A stretch of 64,000 bases of DNA from Vicugna vicugna (GCA_013265495.1 MU063888.1:3422040-3486039); one strand, 5' to 3'; numbered from the stretch's first letter, positions 13,621-27,450 are shown. The notes: generated from the letters alone by a model not told the origin. Numbers and translations: made by a program.

Positions 13621-14645
13621 GATTTCAGCCTACGAGCGGTTCCGAAATGTCCCTGCAAGGATAAGAGGTGACAAACCCCGCTTCAAGTCAGTGATGTGCG
13701 TGTTGTGCAATGATATCTGGACCACTCTGAAGTCAAACTCTCAAATCATCCCAGTGAAGATTCAGCTTTGCTGACGGCAGCATTTACATAGAACATATGG
13801 AAATAGTAAAGTCGTTTGTTTCTTAAAACTGTACCCAGTATTTTGATGCTGACCTCAATTTTAAAATGTTCGATCAATTTGTGAACTTCCAGTCACTTAA
13901 GGGACAAAACGGTTGGTTACTGTTTCCAGTCCGAGGCCGAGATGCCCTGGGTGCTTGGCCCAGGAGCCCGTATTGGCCCTTGACAAAAAGTGGGCATTTT
14001 CAAGAGAGACACTGCTAGGTATCACGATATTAGACTAAAAACCAGAATTGTGGTCAAATGAGACCTTGCTTTAGTTTCCAAAAGAATGAGGTTGGGTTTG
14101 AGAGAGGAATACAGTGACTGGAATCCCTCATTATCTCAGATGGTGATTAATTCATTATTTCACACACTTTGGAAGTTGTGCCTCCAAAAACTGTACCTTC
14201 TGGAAAGTCACATCACTTAATCATTTCTTTCCACTCAACGTATCATGAAGTATTTCATTTTTCTCTCACCTCAGTTTCTCAAACCTTTTACAATAAGATG
14301 CTATGTTAAATTATCTCCTTTTGTAATTAAAACATTTTAGTGGGTGAGCAATCTAATTGCCAGATTAAAAGAAACCTGTGGTTATTTTCAGAGGCAATTA
14401 TCATTTTAATGGTTCTAATAATTATTATAGTTCAATGAAATAGGTTTTATGTGCATGCAATTCTAAAAGCAAATGAAAATAATTCAGGTAATTATCAAAG
14501 GGCTCACTCATTCTTCTATTCAGCTTCTTACTTTAGAAAAAAATATTAATATTAGAAGAACTTTGTGAAAGATTTTGGAATTATAACCAAAAGGACCATA
14601 TATAATTTCAAAAACTGTTTACCATTGTTTAATAATTTCTTCTAT

Positions 14646-14785
14646 TGTATAGCACAAGGAATTTATTCGATATCTTATAATAACCTATGATGGAGTATAA
14701 GCTGAAAAAAATAACTAAATCATTTTGCTGTACTCTTGAAACTAACACAATATTGTAAGTCAACTATCCTCCAATTTTAAGAAAT
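14646..14785 (+). mobile_element. L1 3' end (L1MA-like)
   Basis: 'tgtatagcacaaggaatttattcgatatcttataataacctat...gctgtactcttgaaactaacacaatattgtaagtcaactat'. Confidence 0.8.
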
Positions 14786-15689
14786 TCGTTTTAAACCTGC
14801 ATCCTCATCCTAGAGGAACACGCCTCTCTCCATAACTGTGCTGCATGTTACCACGCAGCCATCGGAGCTAATACTCCGTGACCACTCAAGCATCTTTAGT
14901 TTGTTTAAATTAACGTTCATTGTGATCTTGAGCTCAGCAGGTTATTTTCTCTTTTTCCAAGACAACATGTTGTCCTGTATCTTAAGTTTCAAAATCTGCC
15001 AAAGCCTTCTGTCCACTTGCTGAACATATACTTGGTCTCTGGGTCACAGTGCAGCCACTGAGTTTCCTTTGTGTGTCTGTATCACAGGTCCTTTGCACCC
15101 AGGATGCATAAAAGTTGCATATTTGAAAACAAGCAGTCCGGTAAAATGTGCCTCACAGAATTATTTCCTCTATTTTTATTACAAAGGTTATCAAATCTTA
15201 GCACAAGAGACTTTCAACCATTTAAAACTTATTGCTTTATCAGATGAAAACAGATGTAAACTCAGATGAACTACTTTATTTTCAAATGCAGGAATTTCCC
15301 ATTTCACATCAAATTTCAAAATAGAGGTAGGTGTCTATTTAGCATTTTGGTTTTAATCCACAAGCAACAAAGTAACACTAAAAGTAAACTCATTTTGGTG
15401 GCATGTCTCTCATCTAAGTAAAGGTAAAGAAACCAACGGCAAGTGCTCTGTTTCCTCTCAAGATGAATAGCGAAGTAGCAAAGATCGGTATTTCCTGGAG
15501 AAGGGGACAACCTAATACTTGTGCCAGGGATTTGTAAATTCATTTGCGCATCAAGCATTGTCCACAGAAAACATGGAAAGTATCACGTACACATATGTGC
15601 TTGGGAATTTTTTTTTCCAATTTTTGCAGGTGATATTATGATTAATAAAACACACTTTTTATAGTAGCCTTTTGACAAACTGGCCAAAT

Positions 15690-15920
15690 TGAGTCGATTT
15701 CTTTCAGTAAGTACTAAAATTTCAATCAAGTGAATGAAAAATTTTCTGACATTTGTAAGAGCTACTAAATAAAAAATAAAATCATAAATAAATAAAAGAT
15801 CTGTCAAATGTGCACAAAGATTCAGCTATAGGGATGTTCAGTGTATCACTAATAATAATAGACAATGTGAAACAAGCTAAATACATGAAAATACACATTT
15901 GATTAAATAATTATAGTATA
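15690..15920 (+). mobile_element. Old L1M 3' fragment
   Basis: 'agggatgttcagtgtatcactaataataatagacaatgtgaaacaagctaaatac' resembles an L1ME-type 3' region. Confidence 0.45.
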
Positions 15921-18900
15921 TGTATAATCTTGTCCTTTTAAGGTTGCAAGAACCACAGACAGCCAATTTCAAAATAATGAGTTACTGCAAAGAAGCATTA
16001 GCAGCTGTGGTACAGGACATAGCTCCTGCTCTCAGCCTTCTGTTCCCAAGGATCTCTGTTGGTATGGCTCCTGAAAATACCCATGTCCCCAGTTTCTAAC
16101 TTAATTTTCAAAGGCAGAGAAGGTCTGATCAGATTATTCAGTCACTATTATATATGGAGCACCTCCCATAATCATAACATGTGGGCAGCAAGCTGAGATG
16201 GGGTAATAGACCTTCCCAACTGTCAGAAGATCAGAGTAATTCTAACTATCAACAACATGACAGCCCTTCCAAAAGTATGTGAAATGAGTCATTCAAATAA
16301 TGACTTATGAGAGACATGCTTCTATATGATTTGGGATAGTTTTACAGAGCACGGTTTTTCATCTATCTTTAAAACTAAGGCAAAGAAAAATCATATGGAT
16401 TTTTGTATAACTGACGTGACAAATGGGTCATGTAGTCTCATTTGGTTAGTATTTTGTCATTCTTTCAAAAATAATTTGTTTATTAATGTCATTCCTGGTG
16501 CAGCTTTGCACTACATGGGATATAAATCTGTTGTTCTTTTGCCATTTTTTTTAAGGAAATAAATGAATTCACAAAGCATCTCTTTTCTCTTTGGCAGCCT
16601 CCCTGTAAAATGCTTTACCTCTATCAATTTTTTTCTTTCTCCATATTAACCACTGTATAGCACCCACTTTTCCTTCTTTCTCCTAATTCAGAGTTTCTGA
16701 GAAAGATTGATCTGGAGTAATCAGCTATCCAAGGTTAGAAGAAATAACCAGGCTCTAGTGAGAAATGATGGTTCAGTACCATGGAGAGCAGAGCACATGT
16801 CACCCCAAATGCCAACCCACACTCCCCCAAATTTTAGCTGCTACATTACTGAAAACATTTCTATCAGTCAGCCATTGGCTCAGACTGATTTCTGGGCCAA
16901 GAAGTTCTCCATCAGTCTAGCTAGATTGGTTTTACTTTTTGAACTATCTATACTAAAGGAACAAGTCCCCCCTCCCCAATCTATATGGACCAGTACTTTC
17001 ATCAAAAACAAATATGTAAAAAATCAAATTAAGTTAAAGGAGACATATAAAGTACAAGACCAAATTTTTTTTCTTATGGCATGACAGCAAATGTAGCATA
17101 CTGTGACAAATTGTTATAAATGACTTTTAATGCTTACCCTCAATTGATGTGCTTACTTTGCCACAGATGATTAATAAATGGCTATCAGACTAGACTGTCC
17201 CACAGATCGTCCTTTGAGTAATAATTACTGAGGCACATAGGACTTCTTTTCTCATTATGGGCCCTGTAATTGGCAAATGCTATAAAGTTTCAAGCACCCA
17301 AAAGTGGAATAGTATACAGCCACTTAAAATCAATATAAGCAGAGAATGTTTATTGACGTGCAGAGATTTTTTTTGTAAAAGCATTTTGTAAAGCACGTAA
17401 TCTCATTTTAATTAAATAGTAACATGGTGAAAGAGTCAGGAAGTGTAACAGTGGCTACCTCTGGATTATGGGTTTACGAGGGACTTTTTTCCCTTTGTTG
17501 TTAGTATCTTGTTTCCTATACATTCTTAATTTTTACACCATGATTATATATTTCTTTTAGTAAAATATTATGACTCATGGAAGTGAATTATTATTTCTGA
17601 ATTGATCATTTGCTCAATATTTTTATATCTCTATCACCATGTCTCTATATACTTTGATAAGAAGCTGGCTTGGGGCCCCCATCAATCAAGTACACAGCCT
17701 TAGAATGTGAAAAAGTGTAGGTACCCAAGAAGCATTTATTGTATGGAAATACAAGGGCTGATGTTATTTGGTTTTTATTTTCAAAGCACCCAGTTTCAAG
17801 GAAGTATTTGATTAAATATTAGTAATTTCATATGGTTTAACCTAATAATAATTGCAGTTATATCTAAGTAAGATTTTTTCTCCTCCCTTTTTAACTAACA
17901 ATCATATGCCCATGACATATGGATAATCATTATTTTTCTTTATTTTACAAAATATACATTGGTATCTCCATTTAAGGAAAAAAAATAATGCTCCACTAAA
18001 ATGATTCAATCTGAACTGACAGAAACAAGTCCGCAAATTTCTACTTACCTTCTGCATTGTACGTCGTCTTCAATTAATTAATCCTTATCTCCCTAGGGCA
18101 GGCCTTTGACATGCCTGGAACAAAACTCAGCCAAATGTCAAAATAAGAAGAGCAGAAACAGCTCAACTGAAATGTATCTGCCAAATCCAACTCAGATAAA
18201 CTCATTTCTTCTGGGATAGAGAGCACTTATGAAATTGGTATTTGCAAAGCAGAATTTACAGCATATTAATGAAAAGTACTATAATACATAGGTTTTTTAA
18301 AAATAGTGAATCACTTAGGACTCCAAGGCTTTGTTAATATGGTATTAATATGTTTAGAAAATGCATAATGGAGTGTACTTCCTCAGTAGATTATTCTAGT
18401 GTTCTTTAATTTGAAAAGAAAGAAATTATCCCCGACTTTTTTCTTACACTTGTGGGGTTTGTATTTAAAATTACATAAATTTCATGTTACTTGAGGCTTA
18501 AATTTTACTAATACGCCCACACTTCTGTAATTAAAGTCACCTGGTCAGGGTAAAAGGAATGACTAGAAGAAGCAGAATGAGAAAAATATACCTTTCAAAA
18601 CCTTCTAGTCCCTTCCCCATCTCACCAAAGGGATGGGGGGCAAAGAGGCCCCACAGGGTCCTCAGAGAAGAAGTTGCTGAAACAGCTAAAATAACAGGAG
18701 CATCAGACAGCCCTCTTTTATCTACCTGGGGCCCAAAGGCAAAGTAGGGAAAGATCCCATCAGGTGCCGCCAAGATCCATCTCACTGCATAAGTAAGGAG
18801 AGAGAAAAAGACTCTCCTGGGGTAAGCCAGCTTGGAAAGAGCAGGCCAAGTTGTACTTCCCTCTTTCCTTTTTATCACCCGAAGACACACACAAAAAAAG

Positions 18901-19495
18901 TAACACCTGCAAGGGGCCTACATTATTCATGCTTAGGGTAATTACCACTCGTCATGTTGGCTCACAGCGAGTGGCCCAACCTCCTTCGACTCCTTTGGTA
19001 GCTGCTTCTTGCAACCTACATTTAGCACACGAATCATCAAGCCCCCCCACCGCCCCCAGCAGAGGGCTGCCTGGAAAGAGTAAGAGAACCAGCCCTATGG
19101 ATGGATGGTTGCTTCTTACCGCATAACTCTTACGGCAAGTGGAACAGTCCAACAACAAATTTTCTCCTTGTCAATGGGTGTCAGGGGCAGGGCGGGGGAA
19201 GCAGTAGAAAGTACAAATGTCATAAAAGAACTTCAGCTCCAAAATTGTGCATAAGTAAATCTGACAACAAAAAAACACAGCAGGTTCTCATTGCTCAATT
19301 CCAGTCCACTTACAGAGAATAAAAAGGCAAAGCAACGTGAGTGAAAAGCAGGGTACCTGTCTCAGCAGGAACTTGCCTCCTTAGCTTTGGATGTGACCAC
19401 ACTCATGAGTTTAACTCTTTCGCCTCCAGCCATCTCTGATCTCACTGGATCAAGAGAGATGGCGAAAGCCTGGATGAGGAAGGCAGCACTGAAAC

Positions 19496-20073
19496 TGAAA
19501 TGAAATCACACAACGTGAGAGTTGTGGATTAAGTTTTATTTGGGGTAAAATGAGGGCTATAGCCCGGGAGACAGCCTCTCAGATAGCTCTGAGGAACTGC
19601 TCCAAAGAGGCGGGGGGAGCTCAGTACGATGTATGATTTCAGTGAAGGGGGCACGTGCAGTCAAGCACGCATTTAGGCAGAGGCTTGATGCTAGTCAGGA
19701 GGAGCAGGTGTCACCACTAACGATTTCAGTGCTTTTCTAGATATGAGAAGGTGCAAGAATTTGGGCTCATAAAATCTCCTGAAAGTATCTAACTATCTGA
19801 AGGCCTGTTCTGCCAGTTTTCCCAGAGCACAGAGCGCCTCATTCCTGATCTCCACTCTGAACTCCTTTCAGGGAGTGCTGGAGGTCAGTGGCTGCAGCGG
19901 CTAGAGATTTAATCCCAGTACAGATAGATGGGAAGTGCCAACGTGATTCAACCCTTTAAGAGGCAGATGGCAAGTGTCAGTTTTTAGTTGGTAGGGTTCC
20001 TTCATGGTCATAAAATCAACCACAGTTTGGGAGCGATTTCATGACAATTTTGTCCTATGCTGGGTCTTAGTAA
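19496..20073 (-). mobile_element. ERV1-class solo LTR (~580 bp), antisense
   Basis: AATAAA on the minus strand (TTTATT at 19535-19540) close to the LTR 3' end. Body 'gcccgggagacagcctctcagatagctctgagg...cagagcgcctcattcctgatctccactctgaactcc' matches a laurasiatherian ERV1 LTR as I recall it. Tentative TSD AAAC at 19492-19495 and 20074-20077, which requires one degenerate terminus. Confidence 0.75.
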
Positions 20074-20779
20074 AAACACAAAGTTAGCTCTACGAATAAG
20101 ATAACACACTCCATGATGAAGGAATTACTAAACTTCAAGACAACTAGTGAATGTCTGGTAGAATTCCTAGTGGACGTATCCGAAAGTTGATTCCTGAATT
20201 TGCCATGAACCTATGCCTTGTAACTATTAGTTGCCACACACAAAAAGAGGCTCTAGGAAGCAGGTTTTGAGAGCTAAATTTGCCAGCAACAAAGCTGGGT
20301 TGCATCTTATTGTCTTTAAACAGAAAAGAAAAATTATTGGTATATTGGACTGCTGTTCTCTTGAAACTAAGTATTCAATATATCATGTCAGGTTCATTTC
20401 AAAGGGATTTGTTCATTTGTTGTTAAAAACTGAAAATCTGCAGGTGGTCTCCATTGCCCCTAGAAGGCAACCACTTGCATACAACTGCCAAATTTGCCTT
20501 GCATCTCTGCAGAAAGTCCACTTAAGTAAGCTTTATTTCTTACGGCAGAAATGGGAAAAATTGATTGATTGGGTAGATTTGGGAGGTCAAAATACCACAA
20601 TGGAAATACCACTGGAGTGGGTTTAAGAAAAACTGCATTTAATAGTTTTCCTCTAAGCAGGCAGGTACCCCTAGGCAGGTTCTTTCCCATCTCCAGGTCT
20701 TGAGTTCCGTCATCTGTATGAAGGGGTTAGGACAATAGACTCTCCAGGCTTCTTCCTACCCCGACAACTTGTTGGGACC

Positions 20780-21300
20780 TACTAATGCTTCCTTAACAGA
20801 TCTCTCACTGCCACCCTTGTTTCCTTTGCCACTGCAAAGTCCAGATAACTCTTGCTTCAATTATTGTTACAGTCTTCTAACTGGTCTGCTTGGTTTTGCC
20901 CTCTTCCAATGCGGGCTCCACACCACTGCTGGTTCTTTTGTTCTCAAAAGAGAATCTAACTCTGGTCATCTTATGCTCAGAACCCTTCAGTGGCCCCGGT
21001 GATGCCCAGACACCTGGACATGATCTTCAAGTCATTTCCTGCTCCTTGAAGATGTTGTGCTCTCCTCTGTCTCTGAACATACTACTCAGCCCCTCTTGCC
21101 TGAAACATCCCCTACACTCCAGCCTGTTTACCAGAGTCTTGACTATCTTTTAAGCATCAACTTTATCAGCATTAGGTAAGGTGTTCTTGCTGCCAGAGTA
21201 CACTGTGCTTCTTGGCATAATAGTTGATGCTTCTTCCTATTCCTGCTCATTGAAAATTAAACTTTGCGAGGTCTGAAGCCAGTCCGCCTTGCTCACAATC
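20780..21300 (+). mobile_element. L2 fragment
   Basis: 'ttattgttacagtcttctaactggtct...cttatgctcagaacccttcagtggcccc' follows the L2 3'-region pattern. Confidence 0.6.
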
Positions 21301-23899
21301 GTGCTCTTGGAACTAAAATCAAGAAAGCATTACAGATTACCATTTGACTTACGTCTTCCACTTCCTAGTTATTGATGAAATAATAGTAATACACTTTAAA
21401 TATTGTTTTTAGGATAAGGCATAATTAATCTAAAACACCTAGAACAAACCCTGGCACATATTAGGCATTTAATATACACTAGCTATTACTGTTACTACAG
21501 TTCTCTTCTCTCTTTAATCACAGCAGTCAGTTTGGGCTTAATTATAATTATCTGATAAGTAAAAATTTCTTTCTCACTTTGAATCCTAAAGGGACTACAC
21601 AAAGAGTTAGATGCATTCATCAACTAAACAAATGCATCAGGTTAATGGTATTTCTTATTCCAATGAAACCGAAAATCAAGTTGTTATGTACTAAACATAT
21701 ATAATTAATCATGTTTATTATAAATTCTGCAACAATGTATTTAGAAAATACTGTATTGAATTGTCATAAAGCATTATTAAATTCTTCCAGTAAATGTTCC
21801 ATGATTTGTTTCCTTGAAGGTTAAGCTAATGGAAAAGGCTGGAGAGCAATGGTCATTTTGAAAAAAAAAGATCCTGGGTACCTATGACCTAAAAGGAAAT
21901 CTGGCATACATTTCTTAATATTCTTAGAAATTACTCATAGGTTCAGCTTTTATTAAATACATAACTCTCTGAAGTTATAAATTGAAAGGGGTCCTGAAGT
22001 CCAGTCTCCCATCCATATTTGAATCTCTGCGGCACCATCTTAGCCAAGTGGATGGACGGCCTCTGCGTGGGCAGTTAGACGATTAAATCTCTATTAGTTC
22101 CCATAGCAACATATGATTTGTTAATGGTTTCTACATGAGTCTTTAAGGATATATTATCTGCAAATCTGAAACAAATTATAACACAGCCACAGAAGAAAAG
22201 AAAGGAAGGTGGATGGTGGATAAGGAAACAATTGAGACACTAATCAAAATTTAGCTTGATTTTTTTTCCTCTGGCAGATATTATATGATAACACAGGTAA
22301 GAGTCCTGACCAGCAAAGATACAAAAAGCCAGTCTTACTGCACCACTGTTTTTATTGTTCACTGTTACACTTACTCCTAATTTTCTTCATTAGCTCTCAC
22401 CCATTCTTTCTTTATATTCCCTTAGTCTTTCCTCTTCATCCAAGTCCTGCTTTCTCCCTATTTACCTCCTTGCCTCTCTCCCTAATACCTTAGTTTGGCG
22501 GAGTAATCTTTTATTTCTAAAATACAGTGATATGACTTTGCTGTAATAACCCAGAAACTGAGCTGTAATAAGAAATAGTCTGACACATAAGAATAAGCTG
22601 AACAGACACAGTAAGAACATATGGCTAAAGGCTCAATAAACGTAGGGTAACGTTTGGATGGATGACTGGATTTAAGTTTGTAAGTATTTACTGAGTTCCA
22701 AATAGCAAAGTACTATGTTAGTTTCTGTGATGGATAGTAAGTGAAGTCTGATTCTCTGTCTTTGGGAGGTTAAAATCTACCAGGAAATGTATACACAAAA
22801 CCAACCAAACACAGCATAAGACGACAGACCATGAAAAGAAATACAAAGGGAGAAAAAAATGGAAAAAAAAAAAAGAAAGAGGAAGAGAAGAAGGGAAAAG
22901 TGGAATATTATTCAGGGAGGAAGAAATAGAGTAGTTAGCAAACGGAAAATTAATAGTGATTGTAAGTATTATATTTCAGGATATTCAAAAAAGGAAAGGT
23001 GTGTTTCAGAACTTCAAGCACGTGGATATTGGTTTTTAAAAATCACGTGGATCCCACACTCAGCCACGACTTGGTAAAAGCACTGCATGCTACGACTTCA
23101 TTAAGTCTTACTATGACGTAAAGCTTCGCAACTGAAGACCTTTTGCTGAACATAAATTGTGTAGATTATTGCAAATTGGATGAGGTATTTGTATCATGCT
23201 ACCAGTAATAGCTGCTGCCCTTAGGAACAGAAACTAAAACAGTAATCAAAGATGTAGACAGAGATTTAAATATTTCTGTACAGAATCCTATGAAAAATGT
23301 TCACCTTAACCATTAGGTTCTGTGCCATCAAAATTTTCCAAAGATTAAAGACCACCTTTTAAAATTATTTCAGTGATGTAAACATATCTATTTTTCACCT
23401 TTTAAAATACACCTTGTGCAAGGCAATAGGAAAATATTTAATAATGAAATGCCAATTAACAACAAGTGTAGTATGTCAAGTAAAAGTAAGGTTATTTCCA
23501 TACCAACTACCACGGCACGATTTCTATAAGTGCCATCTTTTCCCAGAGACTGGGATGCTTTCATTTGGTGCAGTAAATTGCATACTGTCTTTTTACAGCT
23601 GTTCCCAAAGACAAAGATATTTCTGAGCTTCATTTATAAAACATAAAAATCAAATTGTTGGTCCAGCCTTCTTGTAATTCAAAATAGCCTCAGTGCTGGC
23701 TGAGGCTACGGAAAGTAAGAAATAGTGACAATTTAAAGTTAACGTTGTGAAATGAAGACGAATGTGTAAAATGTTAACCTCTGATGGTCCAAGTAGATGT
23801 TACGAATACTTAAACCGAGGACAGCAGAATCTTGGCAAGAGTCATTTAAAATGATTTCCACCCCTTGCTGTAAGAGAAATCGGCCTGTTACACAGTTTG

Positions 23900-24290
23900 T
23901 AGGACCCCATGTACTGAGTGATGTGTGCTGGAAGAGACTTAGATGGAGGACTATGGGATTACAGGAAGAAAGAGACTCATCCTTTCTGGGGCGGTCATGA
24001 AGACTTCTCCAAGAAGGTGGCACTTGATGGAGATAAGTGCCAGAATTGGATATTCAAAGTGAGGGAAGGGATATTTCAAGCAAAAGGAACACATCAATTG
24101 AACCACAGGGGCATGAAAGCCCATGTGCTCATGGAATGGGGAGTTTGACTAGTTTGTGGGGTTCATGGAGTTCTCGACAGAGAACTAGTGACAGATAAGA
24201 TGGTAAATTGGGGACAGATGGTGAAAAGCTTTAAGTGTCACGCTAAAGAATCTGGATTTTATTTTCTAGTGAATAATAAGCTCAGTGATT
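23900..24290 (-). mobile_element. L2 fragment
   Basis: 'aagctttaagtgtcacgctaaagaatctggattttattttctagtg' is an antisense L2 motif. Confidence 0.55.
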
Positions 24291-25304
24291 TTTTTTTCCC
24301 TCCAAGTTTTTAAACTCATAACATTCACATAATCAGAACTACGCTGTCTACTGGGCACTGGGAATGCACTCAGCTGTGCCGGGTAGATTACAAACATGGC
24401 CCAAAATAGTCATCACAAAATATAGTTAAAGGAAGTAGTAACCCCATTTTACAGATGAGAAAACTGTCTCAGAGAGGCTGCATAACCTGCCTGTGTTCAA
24501 CAATCTAATAAGAAAATTCTTACCCTAAATTTTATGCTCCTTACTCTTCATAATCCTGTTCTCATAATCCTATTGTTTTACCAAGACCCTGTAACTTTGT
24601 AATTCTCTTACTCATGATTCAGTAATCCGAAGAAAGGAGAAACAGGAGAGAGACTAGTTTAGAAGCTACTTTACAAAGACAATAAAAAATAATATTTCTA
24701 AATGAATCATATTTATAACTAGTTCAAGTAACAGCAAATCTGAGCTACCGCTCTTCCTGAAAAGTCCACACTGAAAAACTGCATGATTGTTTCAGAGTCG
24801 TATTATGATGTTGAGGGTCCTAGGCAAGTGAAAAATTTCTTTTATTGTCTGTTAGATTTCTTCTCATATTCAGAAAGCTTTGCAGTGCGGCCAATAAGAG
24901 CTTCCTTAGTCAAATTCATTAGGTGTAACTGCTATCCTTTAAAAAACCACCAAAATAAAGCACTCAGTATGTGCAAGGCAAAAAATACGGCAAGTATCTT
25001 AATTCCATTTTTTCATTTTAATCTCACAACCACCTTGTAAGGTAGGCATTTTCTCCCCATTTTATGAATGCAGAAACGAAGGTTCCATGGGATCTCTACT
25101 GGATAGTCTGTATGTAATGGAAGTGACATTTGTATTGAGCTCTCTGTCTTTGAGTGACTTTTCTTTCCACTACCTCTGAATGTCCCCTAACTCCCCATGC
25201 AATAAACACAAGTGATCTTAAAGTGACATTCACACCGCATGGTTGCAAAGGAATAAGGTAAAAGATGGTCTGTGGCACAGACCTGAAGCTGAGTGTCAAG
25301 GTTA

Positions 25305-25515
25305 TTGCACAGATTTTGGAATCAGAGAAACGTGGATTTAATGCTCATGTCCACCACATAAAATCTATGTGACCTTAGGCATGTTACTTAAGCTTTCTGA
25401 GGCTCCATTACAAATCGGGAAAATGATAATAATAATATCTATTTTTAGAGGGTTGTTAAGACGCTTAAGCAAAGTAATGCCTAAAAAGTTCTTAACACAA
25501 AGTAGATTCTTAATA
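25305..25515 (+). mobile_element. MIR
   Basis: 'atgtgaccttaggcatgttacttaagctttctgagg...aaaatgataataata...agggttgttaag' matches the MIR core. Confidence 0.7.
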
Positions 25516-25619
25516 GAAGTGCTATTAATAGTAGAAGTCATAGCACTGCACTGTGGTATCTCCCCAGTTCCCAGGGCTCTGGCTTCCATCTCTAAGTCAG
25601 TTTCTTACAAATATTAGAT

Positions 25620-27150
25620 CCAGACCTGTCTTCTGAATTCTGGATCCACGTATCTCGCCACCTAGTTGGCCTTTCACCTTGGATATGCCCCAAGTTATGC
25701 ATCAAACTAAACTGATTACACACATCAGCCTTATTCCCCCACCCTGCTCATATCTGCTCACCTGAGTCTTTTCTATACGACAGTGATGACAATGATGACG
25801 AGCTGTGACCATGGGTACAAAATCAACACCACAAGCAGCACACAACCCGTCAAATCTCAAGTCATTAAATTCTGAGGAATATTCCCTCTAAATTTCTCTT
25901 GACCCCACCCTCTTCCGAGCCACCATAATTTCTCCCCTAGAGTATTTCCATCACACCTACTGCTGCCTGTCCTCTCCAACCAGTTCTCAGCACTGTAACC
26001 AGAAGGACCTTCCTGCCCACCCTGAGACCTAAATGAAATTGATTTTAAATTTTCTCCCATTTCCAATGGAGGTTCAAATCCCCTTGGGAATTTTGCTAAT
26101 TTGGAGGAGGTTTTCATTCCCCCCGTTTCCTCTTGCCTTGGGTGCCACTTTCCCCGATGACCACTCCTGTGTCCTAACACATGCATGTGAAACTCAGCCC
26201 CTTCAGCAAGCCCCACAAATGAGCCACTCACACAAAGTATGTCCGACTGTGGCACTCATCAGTAAAGATCAGGGTCTGAGGAGATGGAGGAGTGCTTACC
26301 ATTCAAAAGGCTAACTTCAGATGGAATATTAGGCATGCCCAGTTTTAGAACGCTCTTTGACCTCCTCACCATCTGGACATTTCTGTTGGCTGCTTGCTCC
26401 TTCTGTGTCCCAGTGTCATACCCTCATGCTGTCCCTTCTCTCCGTGCTTTTTCCAGCCCCTTCCTTCCTCTGTCTCCCCTTTACTTTCTGCAATAAGGCC
26501 ATTCTTTTCTTTGGAACTTGAATGCCAGTTTGGCTGTCTTTTTCTTTATCTTGGTTTGCCTAGATTCCCCTGATCATACCATTAGACTGTTCCCTTCTAT
26601 CCCAAGGGGTTCATTATTAAGTTTTTTTTTATTAAAAGTTCCTCCAACAGGAATTTGGGAGCCAGTGGTTAGCATGATGATCTTTTGCTTCTATTACAGG
26701 ATGCAAATCTGATTGTTTTACTCCTCTGCTCAGTAACCAGTTAAGGGCCCTCCCACTGCCTGGAGCAACAAGCCTCAACTTTTTAAGAAAGACTTGCAGA
26801 GCATCCCCTGATCTAGTCTCCACTCTTAACCATTCTGATTTCTCAGATACACTATGTTTTCTCCAGCCCCCAAATCTTCATACACACTGTTCTTCATAGA
26901 TCACTTCTTTCTCCAACTCACCATCAGGCGAACTCTTACTGCAGCCTGTACTGACCTGTACAGACGCTTCCTTCCTCAAGGTTAGAGCCTCCTTTGCCAT
27001 CAGGCACTTCTTTGCAAGGCCTTTTTCACTTGTAGTTACTGAATTGTTTAACTTGGTGTATTTCCTTTCTTTTGCTGTAGACTCTGAACTTCACTGGGAA
27101 AGAGACCACATTTCTTTTCTTCACCATCTTATCCTCAGCACCAAGCATAC
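25620..27150 (+). mobile_element. Fragmented L2 segments with unassigned sequence between them
   Basis: 'cagacctgtcttctgaattctggatccacgtatct...tttcaccttggatatgcccc' and 'tgtagactctgaacttcactgggaaagagaccacatt...ttatcctcagcaccaagca' are L2-type motifs. Confidence 0.45.
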
Positions 27151-27450
27151 AGCAAGCACTCATCTTTTTTTTTTTAAAACTCCATGAAGGTAGACGCTGA
27201 GCAGAGCATGTATGTTAAGTACATAGCACTTCATCTCCTCTGACTTCTGGGCCTTAATTTATTTGGCTTGGAGGGAGCAGTCTTCCAGGAAAATCATTAA
27301 ATCCCAATGATGGTGGAGGGCACAAGAAGCAATTTGCTTTAAAGGTCTGCAAGTTCTTCTGTTGGCAACGTGAACAACCCCACGAGGAGGGGAGTTGCAG
27401 GGCAGCGCTTACCAGAGGTCACAAGGGCCACACCTACGTACGCGGTGAAG

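Noticed and set aside
18537-19322. Cluster of overlapping 62-117 aa ORFs on both strands
   Set aside because: The frames conflict with each other and resemble no protein I recognise. Higher GC content explains the scarcity of stops.
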